Shown piece by piece: positions 32,508 to 50,786 of a DNA stretch of 64,000 nt (position 1 is its first letter; every line of letters starts with the position of its first letter). The translations under genes were made by a program, and so were the position numbers. Location: assembly GCA_965203445.1 (NCBI GenBank), contig OZ241883.1:2080001-2144000 (forward strand). The letters run 5' to 3'. The notes below the pieces were generated by a model. That model was not told the DNA's origin. It saw only the letters and a program-made list of their open reading frames with translations, and made no database searches. This stretch comes from Candidatus Oxydemutator sp. GTDB lineage: Bacteria > Pseudomonadota > Gammaproteobacteria > Poriferisulfidales > Oxydemutatoraceae.

Positions 32508-34079
32508 TCAGGACGTTTGTGCTTCGGAGAATAGAACATTACTGCTTTGGGCTAACAGTTCTCCCCATCCGCCGCCGCCGGGGGTTTCTATTTGCAGACG
32601 GTCGCCTGGGGTTGCAAAAAACGAGGTTTTGCCTGGCAATTCCCTGCCGTTGAGCGCGTTGCGACCGGCGACGCCGGGCTTGCCGCCCAGGCCCCACGGG
32701 GCGTGGCGGCGGCGGTCGGTCAGCAGCGTGACCTGGGCCGGCGCCAGAAATTCGTATTCGCGCACCACGCCGCAGCCGCCCTGACGACGCCCGGCACCGC
32801 CCGACCCACGGCGGATCGCGTAGCGGCGCACGCGCAGCGGATAGGCCATCTCTAACAATTCGGCGGGCGTGTTCAGCGTGTTGGTCATATGGCTGTGGGC
32901 CGCGCTCTGGCCGTCGTAATCGCGGCCGGCGCCGAGACCGCCGCCAAGCGTCTCGTAATACGACCAGCCGGCGGCGGCGTCTCCGAACGCGACGCTGTTC
33001 ATCGTGCCCTGGCCGGCGGCCGGACAACGCTTTGGCAGCGCACGCGCGAGCGCGCCGAGCACGCAATCCACGACGCGCATGCTTGTCTCGGTGTTGCCGG
33101 CGGCGACGCCGCGGCCGGGCGCGGCGTTCAGCAGCGAGCCTTCGGGCACTTTCAGCGTGATCGCCTGGAACACTCCCTCGCAGGTCGGCGCATAATCCGG
33201 CAGCAGGCAGCGGAACACGTAATACACCGCCGATGCGGTCACCGCGACCGGGCAGTTGATATTGCCGCGCACCTGCGGCGAAGTCCCGGCGAAGTCCACT
33301 TCGATATGCGGCGCGCACACGCGCACACGCACGTGTATCGCAATATCGGTCGCGCCGAAACCGTCGTCGTCCATGACGTCGCCGAAGGCATACTCGCCGT
33401 CCGGTATCTCGGCAAAAAACGCGCGCGCCAGGCGCGAACCGTAGGCATTCAATTCGTCGCGCGCCTCAAGCCAGGCGTCGCTTCCGATGCGCTCGACCAA
33501 TTCCCCGAGACGTACAAGACCGGCACGGTTGGCACCGATCTGCGCCATGTAGTCGCCGTATTCGGCATCCGGATCGCACGAGGCGGAAACGAACGAAGCC
33601 AGCATCTCCTCGTCCGCCTCGCCCGCGTGCATGATCAGACGCGGCGGGATCAACAGCCCTTCTTCTTCGAGCGCCGACGACAACGGCATGCTCCCCGGCG
33701 CCTTCGCGCCGATGTCGGCGTGGTGGGCGCGGTTGGCGACGAAGCCGAGCAGTTCGCGCTCGCGGAAAAACGGCGCCACTAACGTCACGTCGGGCAGATG
33801 GGTGCCACCGCAGGCGGGATCGTTGAACACGACCATATCACCAACGCGCCAGCGAAAGCCTCCGACCACGTCGCGCAGCGCGTAGGCCATGCTGCCGAGA
33901 TGCACCGGCACGTCGGCGGCCTGCGCCAGCAGGCGCCCGCCGGCATCGAACACCGCGCAGGAGTAGTCGCGACGGTCGCGTATGTTCATCGAAAACGCGG
34001 TGCGCCGCAGGTGCGCCCCCATTTCCTCGCATACGGCCGCGGCGCGGCTTGCGAACAGGCCCAAAGCTATAGGCTCCAT
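32508..34079 (-). CDS. Hydantoinase B / 5-oxoprolinase family protein
   Basis: EEMG..LRRTAFS.NI, PVHLGSM, GGTHLPD, GQGTMN, YETLGGG, HMTNT, ETPGGGGWG. Confidence 0.92.
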   Translation of the reverse strand: MEPIALGLFASRAAAVCEEMGAHLRRTAFSMNIRDRRDYSCAVFDAGGRLLAQAADVPVHLGSMAYALRDVVGGFRWRVGDMVVFNDPACGGTHLPDVTLVAPFFRERELLGFVANRAHHADIGAKAPGSMPLSSALEEEGLLIPPRLIMHAGEADEEMLASFVSASCDPDAEYGDYMAQIGANRAGLVRLGELVERIGSDAWLEARDELNAYGSRLARAFFAEIPDGEYAFGDVMDDDGFGATDIAIHVRVRVCAPHIEVDFAGTSPQVRGNINCPVAVTASAVYYVFRCLLPDYAPTCEGVFQAITLKVPEGSLLNAAPGRGVAAGNTETSMRVVDCVLGALARALPKRCPAAGQGTMNSVAFGDAAAGWSYYETLGGGLGAGRDYDGQSAAHSHMTNTLNTPAELLEMAYPLRVRRYAIRRGSGGAGRRQGGCGVVREYEFLAPAQVTLLTDRRRHAPWGLGGKPGVAGRNALNGRELPGKTSFFATPGDRLQIETPGGGGWGELLAQSSNVLFSEAQTS

Positions 34080-34185
34080 CGCCCTGCCGCTTTCAAAAAA
34101 GCCCCATCTGTAATAGGATGATCAACGGGATAACCAACGCTTTGACGCGCCGACCGCGAGTCGAACAACCACGGAGGAAAACAGC

Positions 34186-34263
34186 ATGAATCCATTGAAC
34201 TCGGTAACCGGCACCATCGTGAGCGGTTTTATTGTAGCAATAATCATCAGCTACATTCTTTGA
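34186..34263 (+). CDS. 25-aa single-TM small protein (MNPLNSVTGTIVSGFIVAIIISYIL)
   Basis: GGAGG RBS, ATG...TGA, followed by the RBS of the next gene; below the ORF-track size cutoff. Confidence 0.6.
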   Translation: MNPLNSVTGTIVSGFIVAIIISYIL

Positions 34264-34278
34264 GCAGGAGGAATTGAC

Positions 34279-34821
34279 ATGGACATAATAATGGGATCAA
34301 TCATCGTATGGCTGCACGTGTTCGTCGGCATTATCTGGATAGGGTTGCTTTACTATTTCAACTTCGTGCAGGTGCCGGCGGTCGCCGAAGCCGCCGGCGA
34401 CAAGGACGGGCCCGGCCCGGCCGCCATCAACCGCTACGTGGCGCCGCGCGCGCTGGCGTGGTTCCGCTACGCGGCGCTGCTGACGTGGCTGACCGGCGCC
34501 GCCGCGCTCGAGATCGTATTGGGTCCCGGCAGCTTCACCGACGCCTTCGCCAGCATCTTCAGCCCCGGCGCCTATCCGTCGGAGATCGTGATCATCGGCA
34601 CCGGCGCGTGGCTCGGCACGATCATGCTGTTCAACGTGTGGGGGCTGATCTGGCCGAACCAGAAGAAAATTCTTGGGCTGGGCGGCGTCGAGGCGAGCGA
34701 CGAGGAGAAAGCCAAAGCCAAGAAAATCGCGCTGATGGCGTCGCGCACCAACACGCTGCTATCCATCCCGATGCTGATGTGCATGGTCGGCGGCGGCATG
34801 GGGCACGGCCTGCCGTTCTGA
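34279..34821 (+). CDS. PuuD-like (Urate_ox_N) membrane protein
   Basis: WLHVFVGIIWIGLLYYFNFVQ, LAWFRY, IMLFNVWGLIWPNQKK, SRTNTLLSIPM. Confidence 0.85.
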   Translation: MDIIMGSIIVWLHVFVGIIWIGLLYYFNFVQVPAVAEAAGDKDGPGPAAINRYVAPRALAWFRYAALLTWLTGAAALEIVLGPGSFTDAFASIFSPGAYPSEIVIIGTGAWLGTIMLFNVWGLIWPNQKKILGLGGVEASDEEKAKAKKIALMASRTNTLLSIPMLMCMVGGGMGHGLPF

Positions 34822-34886
34822 GCGGCGCACTGGTGTAAGCGTCCGCTCGCGCGGGCAAAGCCCTCGCAAGCGGACGCCGGCGAGGG

Positions 34887-35141
34887 CTACCGCCCCGGTT
34901 TGCGCGCGGGCTTGTCGCCCACGCGCGGCAACACTATGTTCAGCACTTCGTCGGTGTTGAACAGCAGCTTGACCACGACGCCGTCGGGAATCTCCAGTCC
35001 TTCCTCGCGCAGCACCCGCGTCGGATCGGCGTCGAGCCGTGCCCTGAAATCGGAATCGCCGTAATAGCGGGCTACGATGCCCGCGAAAATTTCCCGGCTC
35101 TGGTCGAAATCCTCGTCGGTGGCTTCGTCGGCAGGCCTCAT
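34887..35141 (-). CDS. NHLP (nitrile-hydratase-like leader) domain protein without core
   Basis: IVARYYGDSDFRARLDADPTRVLREEGLEIPDGVVVKLLFNTDEVLNIVLP. Confidence 0.65.
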   Translation of the reverse strand: MRPADEATDEDFDQSREIFAGIVARYYGDSDFRARLDADPTRVLREEGLEIPDGVVVKLLFNTDEVLNIVLPRVGDKPARKPGR

Positions 35142-35151
35142 CAGACTCTTC

Positions 35152-35256
35152 GGTGCAGTGCCGTGCCGTCCATGGCTTCGGCGCGCCCACGGCAGCAGCA
35201 GTTGCAGCTGTGCCAGCACGTGGGTGCAGTGCCGTCCATGGCTTCGGCGCACCCAC
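35152..35256. repeat. Two direct copies of a REP-like palindrome
   Basis: GTGCCGTCCATGGCTTCGGCGC occurs twice; the second copy is bounded by GTGGGTGC...GCACCCAC. Confidence 0.6.
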
Positions 35257-35288
35257 TATAAACGTGAAACCACGGCGAATCAAGCGCG

Positions 35289-35994
35289 TGTATGAGGCCA
35301 CCACATTCTGGACAAATGAGGTAGTTGTTTTTGGATGGCTTGGCACGGGGTGATATTCCCCAGGCTCCGGTGCGGGCGCTCGCCGTTGTAGCGTTCCAGA
35401 TACCTGAACAACGCATCGTTGAAAGCATACAGATCATCAAATAATCTGTCTTCCCGGTAGTCCACGAACTCCTCCTGCACGGTTCTGTTGAAGCGCTCGC
35501 ATAATGCGTTCATCTTCGGACAACGCGGGTAAGTGTAACAGTGTTCTATACCCGCACGCTTCAGGTATTCGTCGAACTCTCCCTGATACTCGCTGCCGTT
35601 GTCCGTCAGCACTTTCTCGATGCGCCCCGGAAACACTTCGCACACCAGGCGCATGAAACACGCCGCGTCGCGACTGCTGGCGCGGCGACTGGCCAACGCC
35701 AACGCAAAGCGACTGCTGTGATCCGTCGCCGTGAAGATATGGCGGCGACTGTTTCTCACGAAGCGCACTATCGTATCAACCGCCACGCAATGGCCTGCAT
35801 GCCCGGCATGGAAGTCTTTGCCCAAGCGCTGGCGCGGTCGGCGCTTGAACTCCTTGCGCCGACCGCGACTGTCCAGGCGAACCGCCACCTTGCGCATCTT
35901 GTCCGGGGCATCCGCTATCAGGCGGCCTATCGTGCGCTCCCCGGGACATCTCACCCCGCGCTTGGCGCACCACGCAACCAGCAGCACGTGAACC
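35289..35994 (-). mobile_element. 5'-truncated IS481-family element (integrase-core transposase pseudogene with right end)
   Basis: AVDT, LTDNGSEY, PKMNALCERFNRT, YN.ERPHRSL; end begins TGTATGAGGCCACCACATTCTGGACA. Confidence 0.85.
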
Positions 35995-36133
35995 TGTACG
36001 GGGCCACCACATTCTGGACAAATGGGGTAGTTGTTTTTGGATGGCTAGTCACGGGGTGACGTTCCCCAAACCCCAGCGTTCCATATACGTGAATAACGCA
36101 TCGTTGAAACCGCACAAATCATCGAAACGTCTG
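35995..36133 (-). mobile_element. Second IS481 right-end fragment
   Basis: TGTACGGGGCCACCACATTCTGGACAAATG..., a diverged direct repeat of 35289 onward with an internal deletion. Confidence 0.8.
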
Positions 36134-36225
36134 ATAGTTACCGCAGGAATATTCGTGTCGGCCATAATTTCTCCCGTCTGTAATATTGTATAGGGGTTAC
36201 TCTCCGGCAGGAGCTTTGCTCCCGA

Positions 36226-42454
<6,229 letters not shown>

Positions 42455-42550
42455 CGTCCGCGCCGCGTCGGGATAGTCGTTAGAATGGCCGTTGGAATGG
42501 CCGCAAGAATTGCCTTACAATCAGCCATTGCGGCAATCAAAGGTGTGACT

Positions 42551-42967
42551 GTGCCCGGCCACGTGAATAAAAATCTGGAGACTTTCCGAAATCCGGAACC
42601 CGGAAGGGATTATACCATCCATTTCGAGGTGCCGGAGTTCACCTGCCTGTGTCCGCTCACCGGCCAGCCCGACTTCGCGCAGCTGTTCATCGCCTACGTA
42701 CCCGACCGCCTGTGCGTCGAGTTGAAAAGCCTCAAGAATTACATCTGGAGCTATAGAAACAAGGGCGCTTTCCACGAAGCCGTCAGCAACGAAATTCTCG
42801 ACGACTTGTGTGCGTTGCTGAAGCCGCGCTTCATGCGCCTGACCGCCGAGTTCAACGTGCGCGGCGGCATCGCCGCCAGCGTCGTCGTCGAACACCGCAT
42901 GGAGGGTTGGGACGAGGACGAGTTAGTCGAGGAAATAGGCAGCTGGGAGCGAAAATACCAACATTAG
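42551..42967 (+). CDS. queF: preQ0 reductase (unimodular QueF)
   Basis: [30 protein letters not shown]. Confidence 0.93.
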   Translation: MPGHVNKNLETFRNPEPGRDYTIHFEVPEFTCLCPLTGQPDFAQLFIAYVPDRLCVELKSLKNYIWSYRNKGAFHEAVSNEILDDLCALLKPRFMRLTAEFNVRGGIAASVVVEHRMEGWDEDELVEEIGSWERKYQH

Positions 42968-42999
42968 GTGCTCGCGTCTCTCCCTTTTCCTTCGCCGGA

Positions 43000-44388
43000 T
43001 CATCGAAAGTGGTCGTAGCCGAGCGAGCGCGGCAGGGCCAGTTCCGCATCCTGCCAGGTGCAGCGCAAAGCGGTGTCCCCGGTGACGCGGCCGATACGGG
43101 CGACGCCGCATTCGCCGAGCGCGTTTTCGAGATCGGACAGATGCGCGTCGTCCATCGTGAACAGCAGCTCGTAGTCCTCGCCGTAGGTCAGCACCGACAA
43201 CCAGTCGGCGGCATCGGGGCAGCAACGCCGAAACCACCGCGAGACCGGCACGCCGTCGAGCGCCACTTCGGCGCCGACGCCGGAGGCCGCGAGCAGCCGC
43301 GACAGGTCTTTCAGCAGGCCGTCCGACACGTCAATCGCGGCGCTCGCGTATTGCGCGACGTGCCTGCCTTGCGCAACGCGCGCCGGCGGGCGCCGCCGTC
43401 TTTCGCGGCAGGCGTCGACGGCGCCGGCGCCGCAGCGATTGAGGCGTTCGGCGCGACGCGCGGCCAGACCGGCGTCGCCGACCACGCCGGTCAGATAGAC
43501 TCCGTCGCCGGCGCGCGCGCCGGCGCGGGACATATATCCGTCGCCGGCGACTCCGATCAACTGCACCGCGACCGACAGCGGCCCGCGCGCGGTATCGCCG
43601 CCGACCAGCGCGACCCGGTGGCGCGCGGCCAAGCCGAAAAACCCCTCGCCAAACCGCATAACCCACTCTTCGTCGGCGCGCGGCAACGTCAACACCAACA
43701 ACGCCCAACGCGGCTCGGCGCCCATCGCGGCCAGGTCGCTCAGGTTGACCGCGAGCGCCTTGTGACCGACGTCTCCGGCGTCGGCGTCGGCGTCGAAATG
43801 GGTGCCGGCGACCAGTGCGTCGGTCGTGACCACGAGCCGCCCGGCGGGCCGCTCCAACACCGCGGCGTCGTCGCCGATACCGACGACGACGCCGCACGCG
43901 CCGGCCCGCCCAAGCGCGCGCACCCAGTATTTTCTGATCAGCGCGTCCTCGTCCAATCCGTCGCCGCGGCAGCGTTTTGCAAGACGGTCGAGAACGCCGT
44001 TGACAAAGCGGTAGCCCCGTTCGGCGCCGTACTTCTTCGCCAGACGCACGGCCTCGGTGATGACGACGGCGGCGTCCACGTCGTCGCGGCGCAGAACCTC
44101 GTAGCCGGCGTTGCGCAGGATCGCGCGCTCTATCGGATCCACGTCCTCGAGCGCCATATCCATGCACTGTTCGAGGTCGCCGTCCGCGCTTTTGGCGACG
44201 GCGGCGTGCAGCAATTCCTTAAAGTATCCGGCGTCGGCCTTGGCGTAGTCGTCGTCGCGCGCGAATTGGCCCTCGATATCGGCGACGTCCTGGCCGGTCA
44301 TCTGCCACTGATAGACCGCCTGGATCGCAAGCCGTCGCGCACGGCTGCGGGCGTAAAACGGGACGCGCCCGGGCGCGGACTTGCTCAT
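43000..44388 (-). CDS. nusB-thiL: In-frame NusB-ThiL fusion (antitermination factor + thiamine-monophosphate kinase)
   Basis: RSRARRLAIQAVYQW...FVNGVLD continues without a stop into GIGDDAA, NLSDLAAMGA, IDVSDGL, GEDYELLFT. Confidence 0.85.
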   Translation of the reverse strand: MSKSAPGRVPFYARSRARRLAIQAVYQWQMTGQDVADIEGQFARDDDYAKADAGYFKELLHAAVAKSADGDLEQCMDMALEDVDPIERAILRNAGYEVLRRDDVDAAVVITEAVRLAKKYGAERGYRFVNGVLDRLAKRCRGDGLDEDALIRKYWVRALGRAGACGVVVGIGDDAAVLERPAGRLVVTTDALVAGTHFDADADAGDVGHKALAVNLSDLAAMGAEPRWALLVLTLPRADEEWVMRFGEGFFGLAARHRVALVGGDTARGPLSVAVQLIGVAGDGYMSRAGARAGDGVYLTGVVGDAGLAARRAERLNRCGAGAVDACRERRRRPPARVAQGRHVAQYASAAIDVSDGLLKDLSRLLAASGVGAEVALDGVPVSRWFRRCCPDAADWLSVLTYGEDYELLFTMDDAHLSDLENALGECGVARIGRVTGDTALRCTWQDAELALPRSLGYDHFR

Positions 44389-44933
44389 TTGTCCCAGGTG
44401 ACGTCAAGCCACTGCCCGGGCGCGGGACGAGACGGCTGTGACTGTGCATACATACGTATCTCATCAAGCCCGCGCACCAGATTGGCCATCGTCAGCGCGG
44501 CCGACGCGGCCTCGTAGCCGCGGTTTCTGGCGTCGTCCCGGCAGCGCGCCAGCGCCACGGCCTTGTTGTCCACGGCGAGCACGCCGAAGCCTATCGGAAC
44601 GCCGGTGCGCGACGTCAAGCGCGCGATACCACGGCTGCATTCGCCGACGACGTGATCAAAATGCGGCGTCCGTCCGCGTATGACGCAACCGACGGCGACC
44701 AGCGCGTCGCATAGTTTCGGTTCTTGCGCGACAAGGCAGCGCGCGGCCAGCGGAATCTCGAACGCGCCGGGCACGCGCACGACGTCGACGCGGCGCACGT
44801 CGTGCTCGCGCAACGCGCGCAGCGCGCCCTCGATCAGACGCTCGACCACGTCGTCGTTGTAGCGCGAGGCGACGACGCCGAAACGCAGACCGCGCCCGTT
44901 TGTCTTGCCCTCGATGCGACGCGCTTTAAGCAC
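44385..44933 (-). CDS. ribH: 6,7-dimethyl-8-ribityllumazine synthase
   Basis: VPGAFEIP, GCVIRGRTPHFD. Confidence 0.93.
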   Translation of the reverse strand: MLKARRIEGKTNGRGLRFGVVASRYNDDVVERLIEGALRALREHDVRRVDVVRVPGAFEIPLAARCLVAQEPKLCDALVAVGCVIRGRTPHFDHVVGECSRGIARLTSRTGVPIGFGVLAVDNKAVALARCRDDARNRGYEAASAALTMANLVRGLDEIRMYAQSQPSRPAPGQWLDVTWDK

Positions 44934-46029
44934 CGACGTAGTCCTCGATGGACAAACCGAAACCGCCCAAGGCGTGGAAGCGCTGCGGCGAGCTCATCAG
45001 GCGCATTTTGCCGACGCCCAAGTCGCTCAATATCTGTCCGCCGACGCCGAGCGTCCAGCGTTCGCCGGGCACGTTGGGATCGGCGCGCGGCGTCCCGCCA
45101 CCGCCGACGGCGGCGAGCCACGCGCGCAACTCGCGTTCGTTCTCGGGGCGGCGCAAAACGACGGCGACGCCGCGGCCCTCGCGCGAGATCCGTTGCAGCG
45201 CGTCGCCCAGGCTCCAGCCGCTTCCGGTATCCACGCCGAGCGCGTCGCGCAACACGTTTTCGACGTGCACCCGCACCAGCACCGGCTGCGACCGGCGTAT
45301 CTCGCCCTTGACCAGGGCCAGGTGCACGACGCCGTGCACCAGATCCTCGTAGGCGTGGAGCATGAAATCGCCGTAGCGCGTCACAACCGGCGCGACCGTG
45401 CCCGCGGTCACGGTGCGCTCGCGCGCGACGCGGTAGCGAATCAGATCCTCGACCGTGCCGATCTTCAGGCCATGGCGCTTTGCGAAGACCTCGAGGTCGG
45501 CAAGGCGCGCCATCGAGCCGTCCTCGTTCAGAATCTCGACGATGACCGCGGCCGGCTCGGACACGCCGGCGAGCCGCGCCAGGTCGCATCCGGCCTCGGT
45601 GTGCCCGGCGCGCGTCAGCACGCCGCCCGGCTGCGCCATCAGCGGGAACACGTGCCCCGGCTGCACGATGCCCTCGGGGCCGACGGCGGGGTCGGCGGCG
45701 GTGCGTATCGTGTGCGCGCGGTCGTGCGCCGAGATGCCGGTGCTGACGCCTTCGGCGGCCTCTATCGAAACCGTGAAATTGGTCGCCAGACGGTCGTCGG
45801 TGCCGCGCACCATCAGCGGCAGCCGCAGGCGCTCACAGCGCTCGCGCGTAAGCGTCAGGCACAGCAGCCCGCGCCCGTGGGTGACCATGAAATTGACGTC
45901 GCGCGGCGTCGCCAGACTCGCCGCCATGACCAGATCGCCCTCGTTCTCGCGGCCCTCGTCGTCGACGATGACGACCATGCGCCCGGCGCGGACGTCGGCT
46001 AGCAGTTGTTCGACGGTTGCGCGCGGCAT
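44926..46029 (-). CDS. ribB: DHBP synthase with degenerate GTP cyclohydrolase II domain (RibB/RibBX)
   Basis: DDEGRENEGD, TGISAHDR, RAGHTEA; C-terminal domain lacks Zn-binding cysteines. Confidence 0.9.
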   Translation of the reverse strand: MPRATVEQLLADVRAGRMVVIVDDEGRENEGDLVMAASLATPRDVNFMVTHGRGLLCLTLTRERCERLRLPLMVRGTDDRLATNFTVSIEAAEGVSTGISAHDRAHTIRTAADPAVGPEGIVQPGHVFPLMAQPGGVLTRAGHTEAGCDLARLAGVSEPAAVIVEILNEDGSMARLADLEVFAKRHGLKIGTVEDLIRYRVARERTVTAGTVAPVVTRYGDFMLHAYEDLVHGVVHLALVKGEIRRSQPVLVRVHVENVLRDALGVDTGSGWSLGDALQRISREGRGVAVVLRRPENERELRAWLAAVGGGGTPRADPNVPGERWTLGVGGQILSDLGVGKMRLMSSPQRFHALGGFGLSIEDYVGA

Positions 46030-46038
46030 GCGGGCGGA

Positions 46039-47334
46039 TCACGGGCGGCGCGACGACAGAAACCTCTCGAAAACGCCGCTTCCGGCGAAGCCGGCGTCGG
46101 CGCCCAGTTCCTCCTCGATGCGCATCAACTGGTTGTACTTGGCGACGCGGTCGGTGCGGCACAGCGAACCGGTCTTGATCTGGCCGACGCCGGCGGCGAC
46201 CGCAAGATCGGCTATGGTAACGTCCTCGGTCTCGCCCGAGCGGTGCGACATCACGCAGTTGTAGCCGGCCTCGCGCGCCAGCTCCACCGCCGCCAGCGTC
46301 TCGGTCAGCGTGCCGATCTGATTCGGCTTGATCAGCACCGAGTTGGCCACGCCCTTCTCTATGCCCTTCCTGATGATCTCGACGTTGGTCACGAACAAAT
46401 CGTCGCCGACGAGCTGCACCTTGTCGTCGAGTTTTGCGGTCAGCGCCCGCCAGCCGTCCCAGTCGTCCTCGGCCATGCCGTCCTCGATGGACAATATCGG
46501 ATATTTTTCGACCCACTGCGAGAGGCAATCGAGAAAAGCGGCGGTGTCGTAATGGCGCTGATCCGACGGCAATTTGTAGAAGCCGCCCTCGAACAATTCG
46601 GAAGCGGCGACGTCGAGCGCCAGAAAAATATCGCGCCCCGCGCGGTAGCCGCCGGCCTCGACGGCTTCGAGAATGATCTCGATCGCGGCCTCGTTCGAGG
46701 CCAAGTTCGGGGCGACGCCGCCCTCGTCGCCGACGGTGGTGCTGAAACCGCGTTCGGCGAGCACGCGGTTCAACGAATAAAAAATCTCGGCGCCGACGCG
46801 TATCGTCTCGCGCACGTTGGCGCCGCCTATCGGCACGATCATGAATTCCTGGACGTCGACGTTGTTGCTCGCGTGCGAACCGCCGTTTAAGATGTTGATC
46901 ATCGGCATCGGCAGCAGCGGCGCGCGTCCGTCGGCGAGATAGCGATACAACGCGACGCCCTCGACCATGGCCGCGGCGCGCGCCGCCGCCAGCGACACCG
47001 CCAGCGTCGCGTTCGCGCCGAGGCGGCTTTTGTCGGCGCTACCGTCGAGCTCGATCATCGCGCGATCGACGCCGCGTTGTTCGCGCACGTCCATGCCGAG
47101 CAGCGCGTCGCGGATTTCGGTGCGCACGTTGGCGACCGCGCCGCATACGCCGCGGCCGTGAAATCGCGCGTCGTCCCGGTCGCGCAATTCGACCGCCTCG
47201 AGCGAGCCGGTGGATGCGCCGGACGGCACCGACGCGCGCCCGACGACGCCGGCCACGGCGACCTCGGCCTCGACCGTGGGGTTGCCGCGCGAGTCCAGAA
47301 TCTCGCGCGCGCGAACGTCGGTGATCCTGCCCAT
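46039..47334 (-). CDS. eno: Enolase
   Basis: [34 protein letters not shown]. Confidence 0.97.
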   Translation of the reverse strand: MGRITDVRAREILDSRGNPTVEAEVAVAGVVGRASVPSGASTGSLEAVELRDRDDARFHGRGVCGAVANVRTEIRDALLGMDVREQRGVDRAMIELDGSADKSRLGANATLAVSLAAARAAAMVEGVALYRYLADGRAPLLPMPMINILNGGSHASNNVDVQEFMIVPIGGANVRETIRVGAEIFYSLNRVLAERGFSTTVGDEGGVAPNLASNEAAIEIILEAVEAGGYRAGRDIFLALDVAASELFEGGFYKLPSDQRHYDTAAFLDCLSQWVEKYPILSIEDGMAEDDWDGWRALTAKLDDKVQLVGDDLFVTNVEIIRKGIEKGVANSVLIKPNQIGTLTETLAAVELAREAGYNCVMSHRSGETEDVTIADLAVAAGVGQIKTGSLCRTDRVAKYNQLMRIEEELGADAGFAGSGVFERFLSSRRP

Positions 47335-47354
47335 CAGCGCGGCGGCGCGCCGTT

Positions 47355-49885
<2,531 letters not shown>

Positions 49886-50671
49886 TCAGTCATGGAATTG
49901 ACCGAGTCTGGGCAGCACATAGGCGTGGTATGCAAACCAGTCGCGGAAATGCCAGAATTGCCTCTCCCAAAAGACGCGCGTGCCGGAGCGGCGACCAAAC
50001 CCCTGGTGACCCTCCCCATGCACCATGCTCGTCGTTTCACCGGAGTGTCCCGCCAGCGATTCCGAGACAACGTAACTGGCAAGATCCAAACGCCAGAAAT
50101 AAGCCCACGAAACGTCCAACGGCGCACGCACCGGCTGAGCGTGGTCGAGAAACTTCCTCATACCGGTACGGTTCATCATATAAGCCACGGTCCCGTACAA
50201 CATGCCGCGCAGGCGAATAATCCGCCGCCCGTCGCGCAGACGGTGCGCGACGCGCCCCACCGGACCGCGCGGAATACAGCCCGGAACAACGCGCCGGTGC
50301 GGCGGACAATACAAACGCACCAGTTCGAACGAGGCCGGCAACGCGGCCAGCTCATCCAACGCCGCCCGCAAACCGGGCAACGGGTGGGAGTCGTCCTCGA
50401 ACACCAGCACGCGCTCCAGCCCCTCCTCGTAGGCGCGACGCAACAGGCGGTAATGCGACAAGTAGCAGCCTAGTTGCGTCGCCCACACGAACACGTGCGG
50501 GCACGCCCTCCCGTTTCGGCAGGCAACCGACTCACCGGCCTCAAACACGATTTTCTCGGTGCCGTCCACCGCCTCGAACACTTCCAGGCGCACGCCGGCG
50601 GCGGCGTACGCGGCGATGGTTTTGTGGCGGCGCTCGGGATAGCGCGCCAGACTGATGATAAATGCCCGCAA
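49886..50671 (-). CDS. Glycosyltransferase family 25 (LOS beta-galactosyltransferase-like), copy 2
   Basis: IISL...ERR, FEAVDG, GCYLSH, VFEDD. Confidence 0.85.
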   Translation of the reverse strand: MRAFIISLARYPERRHKTIAAYAAAGVRLEVFEAVDGTEKIVFEAGESVACRNGRACPHVFVWATQLGCYLSHYRLLRRAYEEGLERVLVFEDDSHPLPGLRAALDELAALPASFELVRLYCPPHRRVVPGCIPRGPVGRVAHRLRDGRRIIRLRGMLYGTVAYMMNRTGMRKFLDHAQPVRAPLDVSWAYFWRLDLASYVVSESLAGHSGETTSMVHGEGHQGFGRRSGTRVFWERQFWHFRDWFAYHAYVLPRLGQFHD

Positions 50672-50786
50672 GAACGTTCCCCGCTACGGTATCCGGCGTG
50701 ATTATATACGCAACCATGGCAACCGCCGGTCATCGCGCGCGGCCGGCCGTATTTCCGACAATGAATCACCGGACGCAGGCGGGCGC

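Noticed and set aside
35141-35288. Cys-rich frame with repeated AEAMDGTA flanking PTCWHSCNCCCRGR, suggestive of a cyanobactin-like precursor
   Set aside because: The repeat is better explained as two palindromic REP-like DNA units, and the frame has no start of its own outside IS sequence.
44926-45400. Inactive-looking GTP cyclohydrolase II domain in the ribB fusion
   Set aside because: The RibBX arrangement is common in proteobacteria and not novel.
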